Virus record (IMG/VR): IMGVR_UViG_3300036791_000379
Span: 69,021-96,181 of that record
DNA: 27,161 nucleotides
Reading direction: 5' to 3' (one strand)
DNA from: a virus
This document shows positions 1-8,235 of the stretch, piece after piece. The notes beneath the pieces were generated by a model. It ran no database searches, was not told where the DNA came from, and saw only the letters and a program-made list of their open reading frames with translations. A program made the translations under genes and the position numbers. The stretch's first letter is position 1. Each line of letters begins with the position of its first letter.

Positions 1-41
1 GCCGCGTTGACAAATCCCTCGCGCCTGTCTGGCTTGTTCAT
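1..41 (-). CDS. 5' start of the next tail gene, probably a tail assembly chaperone (runs off the window)
   Basis: ATG at 41 (MNKPDRREGFVNA...) behind a purine-rich SD (AAGGAAAAGGTGA). It sits directly after the tail tube gene, the usual chaperone position. Confidence 0.55.
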   Translation of the reverse strand, partial: MNKPDRREGFVNA

Positions 42-74
42 GGCTTCACCTTTTCCTTTTGCGATCACTTGCGA

Positions 75-497
75 TCATCCAGTGGTGCCAGCCGTCTGGA
101 TGTTGCTCTGCTCGGTGATGGTCGGCGGTCCGCCGCCCGTGATCTCCTCGCACCAGATGCCTTCCCAGCGCACGCGGACCTGACCGTCGCGTGAATTGGC
201 CTCCAGTCCGGCCTTGCACGTCGCGCTGATCAGCGAGTACGTGAAGCCGTTGGCGAGCTGGGCTACGACGTTGACGTCCGTCATGCCGTCGAGTGTTTCG
301 AGCTGCATGTCCGGCGTCGTGGAGATGTCGCCCTCGATGTAGGGCACGCGCGGCAGCTCCTGAAAGCCATGCACGCCATCCTGACCGGCGATCATGGTGC
401 GCTCGACCGGCGACGGGCTGACGGTGAAGTTGCCGCGCAGCCGAAGCTGGTTACCGGCAACGAACAGAAAGGCGATACCAGCAAATTTCTGGGCCAT
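75..497 (-). CDS. Mu-like (gpM-type) tail tube protein
   Basis: 140 aa with 'AGIAFLFVAG..L.LRG', 'GQDGVHGFQELPRVPYIEG' and 'QLANG..Y.L' motifs typical of the Mu tube. Follows the sheath gene; GGAG SD. Confidence 0.88.
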   Translation of the reverse strand: MAQKFAGIAFLFVAGNQLRLRGNFTVSPSPVERTMIAGQDGVHGFQELPRVPYIEGDISTTPDMQLETLDGMTDVNVVAQLANGFTYSLISATCKAGLEANSRDGQVRVRWEGIWCEEITGGGPPTITEQSNIQTAGTTG

Positions 498-557
498 CTT
501 GGTTCACTCCTTTTGGAATCTCTCGGGAGAAGGACGAACGCGAAACAGCGGCGCTCT

Positions 558-2135
558 TTATGCGCCGCCGCCCGCTGCGACTTGTGTGCCGCCGCTCGGC
601 ACGCCGATGATGCCCTGATCGACGCCCCGGTCGTACTGCAGGCGGAATTGCGCCAGCACGGCGAAGACGCGGAGCTGGTTGATGAGGTCCGGCGGATAGA
701 GCACGTTGACCCGGTTCGGATCGTTCGTGTCGCGCTCGACCAGCAGATTGGCCTTGAATGCGGCGATGTTCTCGACGAGGCCGTTGTACATATCGAGCCG
801 ATACTCGGAGACCAGCTCCGCCTTGATCAGGCTCGGCGTGACGATGGCCTGACCCGGACCGAAGCGCGTGCCGTCGTCGGCCAGCTTGTGGCGCGGGAAA
901 GCCGACGTGATCGCCTGCTTCTGATTGCGCAACAGCCTCGCCAGCGTCGCCAACGTCGTCACCAGCTCATAGGCATCATCCGGCTGACCATAGAGATTGA
1001 GCTGATAGGTCGTGGTCTCTCGCAGGATCATCGGCAGATTGTTGGGATCGGTCTCCTGCGTCGCGATACCGGACAGCGCAAGCGTGTTCAGCTCCGGCCG
1101 GTTGAAGCGCTGATGCAGCGGCGCTGGCAGAATGCTGGTGAGTTCGAGCGTCTGCAGCGGTCGCGCCGGATCGTTGATCAGGGCGCGCTGCGCCTTCGCC
1201 GTGTAGGCCGCGACCCACTCGTAGACCGGTGACGGCGCGGCGAGTTCGACTGCCATGATCGAGGTGACGCCGCTGTTCCTGCTCTCGCCGAAAGTCACGA
1301 GGGTGGGATAGTCACCACGCTTGGCCGAGAAGAGATGCCCGAAGAGCTGGCGCATCCAGCCCCAGCGGCCGGTGTCGGTGAAGCCGTATTCGGTCTCCCA
1401 CGCCAGCAGCGACGTCGAGTCGGTGAACGGCAGCGCCACGTATTCGTAATTTTTCTCACCGAGATTGGAGATCGCGGTAGTGAACACTGGCGAGCCAGCG
1501 CCGCCGGTCAACATTCCCGAGCTGGAGTAAGTCATGGTGATGCCAGTCGGCAGCTCCTCGCTGCCCATGCGCCCGTAGTAGCTGTCGCTCATCGTGATGT
1601 CGTTGCCGCTGGTCCCCAGCCAGTTGCATGTCAACGACACCTCGGTCGGACTGGTGACCGCGCTGACCGGAAGAGAGAAGTCGGCGTTGATCGCCGCTGT
1701 GATGGCCGCGTTGATGGTCGTGAGATCGTCCGACGCGCCGATGTTGACCGGCACATTGTGACCGGCGATGTAGAGGCTGATGGTGCCAGCCTCGTGCCCG
1801 CTGGCGTCAATCACGGGCGTGATCGTGCCGGTCGCCGCCGTGCCGCCCGTGGGCTCCGCGACCGGAAGTCCCCACACTTCGTTGGCGAAGTTGTTGGCAA
1901 AGAAGGCGGCAAACATATTCGACAGATGCGAGCCTTCGCCGAACTGCTTGTCGGCCTGCGCCTGCGATCCAACCGGGATCGCGACGTCAGGCAGAGCAAC
2001 GCCCTCCGCCGTCATGATACCGACGAGCAGTGAGGGCTGGTGAATGGTCCAGATACCAGCCTTCGACGGGTCGACCTCAACCCAGTACAACGGCAGTTTC
2101 CAGTTGGCAGGAATTTGGGAGAAGCTGATGGGCAT
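558..2135 (-). CDS. Mu-like (gpL-type) contractile tail sheath protein
   Basis: 525 aa with N-terminal 'ISFSQIPANWKLPLYWVEVD', 'DPARPLQTLEL', 'FPRHKLADDGTRFGPGQAIVTP' and C-terminal 'NDPNRVNVLYPPDLINQLRVFAVLAQFRLQY'. AGGAGG SD. Confidence 0.95.
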   Translation of the reverse strand: MPISFSQIPANWKLPLYWVEVDPSKAGIWTIHQPSLLVGIMTAEGVALPDVAIPVGSQAQADKQFGEGSHLSNMFAAFFANNFANEVWGLPVAEPTGGTAATGTITPVIDASGHEAGTISLYIAGHNVPVNIGASDDLTTINAAITAAINADFSLPVSAVTSPTEVSLTCNWLGTSGNDITMSDSYYGRMGSEELPTGITMTYSSSGMLTGGAGSPVFTTAISNLGEKNYEYVALPFTDSTSLLAWETEYGFTDTGRWGWMRQLFGHLFSAKRGDYPTLVTFGESRNSGVTSIMAVELAAPSPVYEWVAAYTAKAQRALINDPARPLQTLELTSILPAPLHQRFNRPELNTLALSGIATQETDPNNLPMILRETTTYQLNLYGQPDDAYELVTTLATLARLLRNQKQAITSAFPRHKLADDGTRFGPGQAIVTPSLIKAELVSEYRLDMYNGLVENIAAFKANLLVERDTNDPNRVNVLYPPDLINQLRVFAVLAQFRLQYDRGVDQGIIGVPSGGTQVAAGGGA

Positions 2136-2179
2136 TGTGGCCTCCTAAATGGGCGCTCGATGTGCTGTGAGGGTTTTTC

Positions 2180-2653
2180 TCAGGCCGCCGCGTCCGGCTG
2201 CGGAGACTGGTTCTCGTCCAGCTGCTGGGATTCGTTCTCGCCCGGCTGCTGGGACTCGTGACGCTGATGGCTGCTCTTCGGAGGGGTCGGAGGCTCCTTC
2301 CCTTCCCCTTCCGGCTTGCGCGCCTGTGCCTGCTGCCGCGCGTTGAGCGTCTCATCGTCCGGAGGCGCATCGCCTGAACCCGGACCATCGGTCCGCACCG
2401 AACCATCGGCGATCCGGCGCGCGGTGAAGCTGTCGTTCGGCCACTCGACACCCTGACTGATGTCATCGCGGAAACGGAGGCCGCCGCTGGGATGGCGCAA
2501 CACCTCGCGCAGGGTCTCGTTGGCGGCGAACACCTTGACGGACGTCGGTCTGTCGCCTGCGATCAGGCGCAGCCGACGCTTGCGCGCCTCGCGCAGTTTC
2601 GCACGCGGGTCTTCACGCTTCGTCGTCGAGGTCTGATTCTTCGGCGTGGCCAT
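2180..2653 (-). CDS. Small pre-sheath protein, Mu gp38/DUF2635-like, with low-complexity extensions
   Basis: Start moved to ATG 2653 (MATPKNQ, AAGGA SD). The core 'LRHP....GVEWPNDSFTARRIADGSV' resembles the small gene that precedes Mu-type sheaths. Confidence 0.6.
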   Translation of the reverse strand: MATPKNQTSTTKREDPRAKLREARKRRLRLIAGDRPTSVKVFAANETLREVLRHPSGGLRFRDDISQGVEWPNDSFTARRIADGSVRTDGPGSGDAPPDDETLNARQQAQARKPEGEGKEPPTPPKSSHQRHESQQPGENESQQLDENQSPQPDAAA

Positions 2654-3365
2654 GGCTCTGTTCCTTCTCTTCGTCGAGTGGTTGCACTGCTGGAGGTGGG
2701 TAGGGTTCAAACACGTAGTCCGCACCGACTTGCTGGCGCTGCGCCATTTCGTCTGACGTGTCGCCGGGCTTGATGCCGGTCCGCACACTCAGCGTCAGCA
2801 TGTTGTCGGTGATGATCGGCGCGTAGTCGGCCTCATACTTGACCGTCGCCTCGTATTGCATCTCGGCGATCGGCGTTTCGTTGTTCAGGCCCGTGGCACC
2901 GAACACATGCCGCCGCGTGCCGCGCGAGACGCCCTCGATCCTGACGTTATCGGGCGTGCCGCCGATGCCCGTGTAAGGCGTCGTACTGATCATGTTCGTC
3001 AGGTACGGATCGCGCCACAGCGTGTTCATGATCGTCCAGAACGCCTGATCGAGCTTGGCCTCGCTCGCGACCGGATCGTTGTTCAGGATGATGACGGAGA
3101 AGCCGAGTTTCAGAAAATGCGTGAAGCGAATCTCGCCGGCATTGAGATCGCCGTCCGGGCTCATGTCCTCGTTGACGAAGTAGACGCCGAGATACGGGAT
3201 GTTCTGCGACTGCACGCGCAGCTCTTTGCTCTTGCGCGCGGTGAACCCCTTGAAGAACTGGGTCGCCACCAGCTTGTCGAAAAACACGTCGCGGATCAGG
3301 AAGCTCCAGCTCTGGACCTCGCTCGGCGTCGGCGGCGGCACGATCCTCGGCGCTGCGGCGATCAT
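2613..3365 (-). CDS. Probable tail terminator / tail completion protein
   Basis: 250 aa, coupled to the upstream gene (ATGA overlap at 3362-3365). Lies between the head-tail joining gene and the sheath; 'IPYLGVYFVNE' strand pattern. Confidence 0.6.
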   Translation of the reverse strand: MIAAAPRIVPPPTPSEVQSWSFLIRDVFFDKLVATQFFKGFTARKSKELRVQSQNIPYLGVYFVNEDMSPDGDLNAGEIRFTHFLKLGFSVIILNNDPVASEAKLDQAFWTIMNTLWRDPYLTNMISTTPYTGIGGTPDNVRIEGVSRGTRRHVFGATGLNNETPIAEMQYEATVKYEADYAPIITDNMLTLSVRTGIKPGDTSDEMAQRQQVGADYVFEPYPPPAVQPLDEEKEQSHGHAEESDLDDEA

Positions 3366-3721
3366 GGTCTCTCCGTCATGATCTTGCGGATCGTCAGCGT
3401 GGTCTGGCCGCCACCGTCAGTGTATGAGTCGATGATCTCGTACTCGCCCTTCGGCACCAAGTTGCAATCCAGCGGAATAATGACGTGATCGTCCTGAATC
3501 GGCAGCACGCCGAACTCGCTCTCCCTGATGTCGAGGATTGTGCGCTGGTCGGAAAAGATCGCACCGTTCTCGCCCGCGACGTCGAAGGTGTAAGTGTTGA
3601 GGATGCCGCGCACGCCGTAGCTGCCGGCCAGCGGCTGCGATGCGAACGGCACGATCGTCACAGGCACGGCCCAGACGTCGAAGATCGACCCCTGCAGCAG
3701 CAGATCGAGGTTCACGCCCAT
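3362..3721 (-). CDS. Head-tail joining (head closure, lambda gpFII-like) protein
   Basis: 119 aa, beta-rich, ending 'YEIIDSYTDGGGQTTLTIRK'. Position fits the neck module. Confidence 0.65.
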   Translation of the reverse strand: MGVNLDLLLQGSIFDVWAVPVTIVPFASQPLAGSYGVRGILNTYTFDVAGENGAIFSDQRTILDIRESEFGVLPIQDDHVIIPLDCNLVPKGEYEIIDSYTDGGGQTTLTIRKIMTERP

Positions 3722-4098
3722 GTCAGCGCCTTCTTGATCATGTCGACCATGCGGTCATGCAGCTTCACAAAAAGCTCCGGTCGCAGGATCGGACGTTGGG
3801 ACGGTGCGCGCTGACCGGCAGGAACGGCCATCTTGGGCCGTGGCCTTCGCGGCGCGGTCCCGCTTGGTCCGGGTTTGCGCTGATCGCTCTGCCGCGATCT
3901 CGGCCAGATCGACGTCTCCGCAGTGGTCTCGGTGTCGGAGCCGCTGGTCTCGATATTCGGGAAATGGCGGTGCATGTCCTCGCGCTGCCAGTCGACGAGG
4001 GTCTGCGGCATCTCCTGATGCAAATCGGTGATCTTCTTCTGCAGCTCGTCGAGCTGCTTCAGCGTCTCGTCGGCCTCGACCTCGATCGTGAACGGCAT
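3712..4098 (-). CDS. Neck / tail-completion protein (HK97 gp10-like position)
   Basis: True start is ATG 4098 (MPFTIEVEADETLKQLDEL), coupled by TGATG to the connector stop. C-terminal 'PSQRPILRP' resembles the P.RP(F/I)L.P motif of this class. Confidence 0.55.
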   Translation of the reverse strand: MPFTIEVEADETLKQLDELQKKITDLHQEMPQTLVDWQREDMHRHFPNIETSGSDTETTAETSIWPRSRQSDQRKPGPSGTAPRRPRPKMAVPAGQRAPSQRPILRPELFVKLHDRMVDMIKKALTWA

Positions 4099-4748
4099 CA
4101 GACGTAGAAGCGCATGTACTTGTAGAGCAGCGCGTTGACGGTCTCGGCCGCCTGCCCCAATGGACCGATGCCACTCAGCTTGGCCGCCGCTGCATTGATG
4201 TCGAAGAATTGCACGCGCGACTCGCGGTGACTGATCGAGCGGATGCCGCTCGTGAGCTGCCGCGAGACGAAGATGCGCGCCGCACCAACCATGATCGCCA
4301 GCGCCTGCTTCAGGGCTGGCGGCGCTTCCTCCGGCAGATCGTAGCCGCCGGTATAGGTGATGCGGATCGGCTCGCTCCACGTCGTGAAGAACTGCAGCTT
4401 GCCGCTGCGGTTCTCCAGTTCATAGCCAGCATTGATCACCGTACCATCGGGTGCGGTGATCGATTCGATGTCGTCATCGGCGACCGGGTAGTGCGTCAGA
4501 AACACGCGCCCGTTGCCGGTGTCGAACGGCATAGTGTCGCCGCGCCATGTCTCCTCGACTGTCTCCTTGGCAAACACCCGATTGCACATGGTGGCGATCA
4601 CATCGGAATACTGCGTGATCCACATTTCCAGCTGAGCGTCCTCGGTGGGATTCGAGACGGTGATGCCGAGCATCGTCTTCATCTCGTCGAGCGTCGCCAG
4701 ATCGATGCTGTCAGCCTCCGTGATCACCTTGACCGTGATGTCAGCCAT
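4098..4748 (-). CDS. Head-tail connector/adaptor (HK97 gp6-like)
   Basis: Start ATG 4748 (MADITVKV). Motifs 'LATLDEMKTMLGI....ED..L', 'MCNRVF', 'ITYTGGY....PPALKQA' and C-terminal 'LLYKY'. Confidence 0.8.
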   Translation of the reverse strand: MADITVKVITEADSIDLATLDEMKTMLGITVSNPTEDAQLEMWITQYSDVIATMCNRVFAKETVEETWRGDTMPFDTGNGRVFLTHYPVADDDIESITAPDGTVINAGYELENRSGKLQFFTTWSEPIRITYTGGYDLPEEAPPALKQALAIMVGAARIFVSRQLTSGIRSISHRESRVQFFDINAAAAKLSGIGPLGQAAETVNALLYKYMRFYV

Positions 4749-6489
4749 GGCTTTCGCTTTCCTCGTGATACTGCTCGAAGAATCCGCGACACGGCACCGG
4801 CACCTCACTGCCATCCGACATGATCAGCTTCAGTGTATAGGTCTTGCGGTCGATCTCGCCGCGCGCGATCGACGCGCCGGACACGCCGCGCGGACCGGCT
4901 TCGCCGCGCTCGCCCTTCAGCCCCGGCTTGCCCTGCCGTCCCGCCGATGCGATCAGCTGCCAGCCATCGCCCGGACATGCTCCCGGATCGTCATGCCGCG
5001 CCATGAAACTGGAGCCGTTCAGCGCGACAATGTCGAGGTGCTGATAGGTCTCGTCGTCGCGATAGGTGCCCTTGATCTTCGGCGACACGGCATCACGACC
5101 GGGCAGCGCGAGCGGCTTCCAGTCGGCGTGCGGCGGCTTCTTGGAGGTGTCCTTGCGCGCCTGCCAAGTGCCGCCGTCGCAGACGACGACGTCGCCGTGA
5201 TAGCTGATCTCGTCGTCGCTCCACGCGCGGACGATCGGCAGCTCGCCGGGTTCGCCCTTCTCTCCGCGCTCGCCTTCTTCGCCTTTTTCTCCGGGCTCGC
5301 CCGGAGAGCCGTCTGCACCCTTCTCGCCCTGCAGACCCGGCTCTCCGCGCTCGCCCTGCGGCCCTACCTGCCCCGCCTCGCCCTGCGCGCCGGGCTGGCC
5401 CGCTTCACCGGCCTCGCCTTTTTCACCGGGCTCACCTTGAGCGCCGCCAGCGCCCGGCTCGCCCGGCTCGCCTTGTGCGCCTTTTTCGCCTTCTTTGCCT
5501 TCTTCGCCATTGAGTCCTCTCTCTCCTTGTTCGCCCCGCTCACCGCGCTCGCCCTGCAGACCGCGTTCGCCGAGCTGTCCCGGCTCACCCTGCGGTCCGG
5601 GCTCGCCCGGCTGCCCTATTTCGCCGCGCGCACCGGGCTCACCTTGGAGCCCGCGCTCGCCGATCTCGCCGCGCTCGCCAGCCGCACCCTGCGGTCCGGA
5701 CTCACCCGGTTGTCCCATCTCACCGCGCTCGCCTTGGAGACCGCGCTCACCGATCTCGCCACGCTCACCCGGCATGCCCTGCACACCTTGCGATCCGGGC
5801 TCACCCGGTTCTCCAATCTCACCGCGTGGCCCCGCTTCACCGGATTCGCCACGCTCACCGTTCGGACCCACTTCGCCGCGCTCGCCCGGCGCGCCATGCT
5901 CGCCGCGCAATCCTTGGACACCAGCTTTGCCCTGCGGTCCTTCCTTGCCGTCGAGACCTCGCCTGCCGGGCTCACCGCGTTCGCCGCGCGACCCGTGCAG
6001 ACCTTTTTCGCCGCGCGGTCCACGAAGCCCTACAGGACCCACAAGACCGCGCTCGCCGCGACCGCCGTCATTGCCCACCGGCCCGATGAAGCCGCGCTCG
6101 CCGCGTTCGCCGCGCTCGCCGGCAGGCCCTTGATCGCCGATCGAACCTCCCTCGCCCGGCGGCCCGACTGGCCCATCCTTCAGCTCGGACAATCGGGCGG
6201 TGACGCGCTCGTTGATATCCCGGACACGCTCGGTGAACTCGATCGTCATCCGCGCGGTTTGATCGTCGAACGCGGCCTGCATCCGCAGGATCGTGGCCTC
6301 CAGATTGGAGACGATCGCAGCCGATCGTGCGACCATCAGCTCGCGCTCGCGCTCCCAGTGCGCGCGCTCGATGGCCAGCATCTTGCCCAGTGCCAAGTGC
6401 AAGATGTCGAGCTGATCGTCAGCTTCGTCAGTTGCGTCCGAAGCGATCGGCGGCTCTGATGAGCTTTCTGACTTCACGGTCGATAGCAT
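4741..6489 (-). CDS. Collagen-like fibre protein: N-terminal coiled coil, 104 Gly-X-Y triplets, two short beta repeats, second short collagen segment
   Basis: Uninterrupted GXY run at 5239-6174 read directly from the translation. AAGG SD before ATG 6489; the start overlaps the portal 3' end and is somewhat uncertain. Confidence 0.9.
   Translation of the reverse strand: MLSTVKSESSSEPPIASDATDEADDQLDILHLALGKMLAIERAHWERERELMVARSAAIVSNLEATILRMQAAFDDQTARMTIEFTERVRDINERVTARLSELKDGPVGPPGEGGSIGDQGPAGERGERGERGFIGPVGNDGGRGERGLVGPVGLRGPRGEKGLHGSRGERGEPGRRGLDGKEGPQGKAGVQGLRGEHGAPGERGEVGPNGERGESGEAGPRGEIGEPGEPGSQGVQGMPGERGEIGERGLQGERGEMGQPGESGPQGAAGERGEIGERGLQGEPGARGEIGQPGEPGPQGEPGQLGERGLQGERGERGEQGERGLNGEEGKEGEKGAQGEPGEPGAGGAQGEPGEKGEAGEAGQPGAQGEAGQVGPQGERGEPGLQGEKGADGSPGEPGEKGEEGERGEKGEPGELPIVRAWSDDEISYHGDVVVCDGGTWQARKDTSKKPPHADWKPLALPGRDAVSPKIKGTYRDDETYQHLDIVALNGSSFMARHDDPGACPGDGWQLIASAGRQGKPGLKGERGEAGPRGVSGASIARGEIDRKTYTLKLIMSDGSEVPVPCRGFFEQYHEESESHG
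5239..6174 (-). repeat. Gly-X-Y coding repeat (9-bp periodicity), including a degenerate 10-triplet (90-bp) internal duplication
   Basis: 104 triplets from GPV to [33 protein letters not shown] is followed by [33 protein letters not shown]. Confidence 0.9.
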
Positions 6490-7846
6490 CGCGGTTGCCT
6501 TTTTCGGGCGGGAGTGGTGCGGGAAGTACAGGCTGTGACGCTGCAGGCGGTGCTGAGGGCGGCGCGGGCGCGGCCGGGATCGCTCCTGCGGCGCTCAGAG
6601 GAACGACCTGTTGCTGCACGCGCGGCTCGTCGCCGAATTTGACGCGATCGAGACCCTCCTGCAGACGGGCCTCATTGGGCGCATAGATGCCGCCCTGCAC
6701 GCCGCGCGCCAGTGCCTCGATGCGATCCTTCAGTGCCGATCGCAGCAATGCCGCAGTGTCGAACTCGACATATTCGTCGGGCTGGCCCTTCAGCATGAAC
6801 AGCACGCCGAAGGCTTCCTCGACGTGGTTGAGACAGAAACCGAGGCCGGACGCGATCCAGCTCTGCATCAGCAGCTCGGTGGAATTGTATGTCGAACCGC
6901 CGAGGCCGAGAATCTGCAGCGGGATGCGGAAGGCCAGCGCGATGTGCTCATTCGAGAGCTTGAGAATCTCGGCCGTCGCGGCGTCCTTGCCTCCGACTGC
7001 CCACGGCGACACCTTCAGGCCGGCGGTCAGGATCGGCGTGCCGCCCTGATGCAGTGCCTTGGCCTGATCATTCCAGCGGTCGCGCAGCGCCTGCACCTGA
7101 TCCTTGTCGAGCACCAGATCGGTGGACAGCACGGCGCTCGGCCGCGCCTCGTTCATGTAGAACGCGGCCTGCTGGGCGGCGATGGCGTTGCTGACGCCGA
7201 TGTCGCCATAGGCCGCGAGGATCGGACTCTCGCCGATAATCGGCACCGGATAACGCTGCCTTGCCGTGTGCAGTTTGATGTGCAGCACGTCGCGCTGCGG
7301 CACCACCACAGAGGACTGGCCAAGGCGCGCGCTGATCACGTCATTACCGTGCAGCTGATAAAAAATCTCGCCGTTCACCGCGAGGCGCGGAAACGACTGC
7401 TCCGATTTCATCAGATGAATCTCGTCGATCTCGTAGCGGTCATTGCGCAGGCACAGCCCGTAGGCGTTGCCGTCGAGATAGAGCGAGCGCACCGTGTTGA
7501 GCAGAAAATCGCTGATCGTCTGGTAGTCGTTCGGATAGCGCAGGATGCGGGCGAGAGCCGAGTTCATCACCCGGTCTCGTCCGCCTTTCCTGTTGAGCCG
7601 CCAATGATCGCCCGGACACATGGCGACGGTTTGTGCATAAGCCGAGACGCAGGCCTCAACCATTGCTGACTGGGTGGACAGGCCGACAGGATCGTACCCC
7701 ATCTGCCACCAGTTCAGAAAATCGCCCACGCCAGTTGGGAGCCAGCCACCCGTGATCGGCAAATACCATGGACCGGGATGGTACTCGCCCTCGGCCTTGA
7801 CCTTCGTCGTGATCAGCCGAGAGATACGGGACAGCCAGCTCGCCAC
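6428..7846 (-). CDS. HK97-family portal protein
   Basis: 472 aa with 'ILRYPNDYQTISDF', 'LYLDGNAY', 'DVLHIK', 'IIGESPI', 'IALAFRIPLQILG' and 'GIYAPNEARLQEGL...GD'. Confidence 0.95.
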   Translation of the reverse strand: MASWLSRISRLITTKVKAEGEYHPGPWYLPITGGWLPTGVGDFLNWWQMGYDPVGLSTQSAMVEACVSAYAQTVAMCPGDHWRLNRKGGRDRVMNSALARILRYPNDYQTISDFLLNTVRSLYLDGNAYGLCLRNDRYEIDEIHLMKSEQSFPRLAVNGEIFYQLHGNDVISARLGQSSVVVPQRDVLHIKLHTARQRYPVPIIGESPILAAYGDIGVSNAIAAQQAAFYMNEARPSAVLSTDLVLDKDQVQALRDRWNDQAKALHQGGTPILTAGLKVSPWAVGGKDAATAEILKLSNEHIALAFRIPLQILGLGGSTYNSTELLMQSWIASGLGFCLNHVEEAFGVLFMLKGQPDEYVEFDTAALLRSALKDRIEALARGVQGGIYAPNEARLQEGLDRVKFGDEPRVQQQVVPLSAAGAIPAAPAPPSAPPAASQPVLPAPLPPEKGNRDAIDREVRKLIRAADRFGRN

Positions 7847-7849
7847 GTC

Positions 7850-8137
7850 TCATTCACTCGCAGGACGAGCCTGCGTCTGCCGCGTCTGGTAGTTCTGCGG
7901 CTTTGCGTGCGACTTGTCGGCCTCCATATGCCGATGCTCTTCGTGCGGCTTGTTGAACGGATCAGGCCCGCTACCGTCGTCCTCGTGTTCAAGGATGTGG
8001 CAGCCAAGCATGGCGAGATCATTCTCTTCCTGCGTCGGCGTCGGCTTGCCCTTGGTGCGTTCGGCAAACTCGGCGCGGGACTTGTCCGACGCCTTGCGCT
8101 CTTCGGCATGGACCTTCTTGGCGTTCTCGGAAGCCAC
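7850..8137 (-). CDS. Small hydrophilic head-module protein of unknown function
   Basis: GTG 8137 with AGGAG SD; 95 aa containing 'GKPTPTQEENDLA'. Lies between capsid and portal. Confidence 0.7.
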   Translation of the reverse strand: MASENAKKVHAEERKASDKSRAEFAERTKGKPTPTQEENDLAMLGCHILEHEDDGSGPDPFNKPHEEHRHMEADKSHAKPQNYQTRQTQARPASE

Positions 8138-8196
8138 GTCGTCTCCTGTTCTCGTCGTCATGATGAAAAATACTCCTCGTCGTTGGGGGGTCGGTG

Positions 8197-8233
8197 CTCG
8201 TGCGCCGCTTTCACGGCGCATGAGTCAATGCGC
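8197..8233 (-). promoter_or_regulatory. Stem-loop(s) just after the major capsid stop codon (mRNA stabiliser or partial terminator)
   Basis: TGCGCCG-tgaaag-CGGCGCA hairpin (8201-8220) and an overlapping alternative GCGCAT-N6-ATGCGC (8216-8233). No U-tract directly adjacent. Confidence 0.4.
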
Positions 8234-8235
8234 GT

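Noticed and set aside
2195-2260. About 2.5 copies of a 24-bp repeat (ESQQPGEN/ESQQLDEN/QSPQPD)
   Set aside because: Ordinary low-complexity expansion in a disordered C-terminal tail.
4645-6459. 604-aa plus-strand ORF and other long ORFs over the collagen gene
   Set aside because: Antisense shadows of the GC-rich GXY repeat, giving low-complexity A/L/R/S/P translations with no SD or domain signal.
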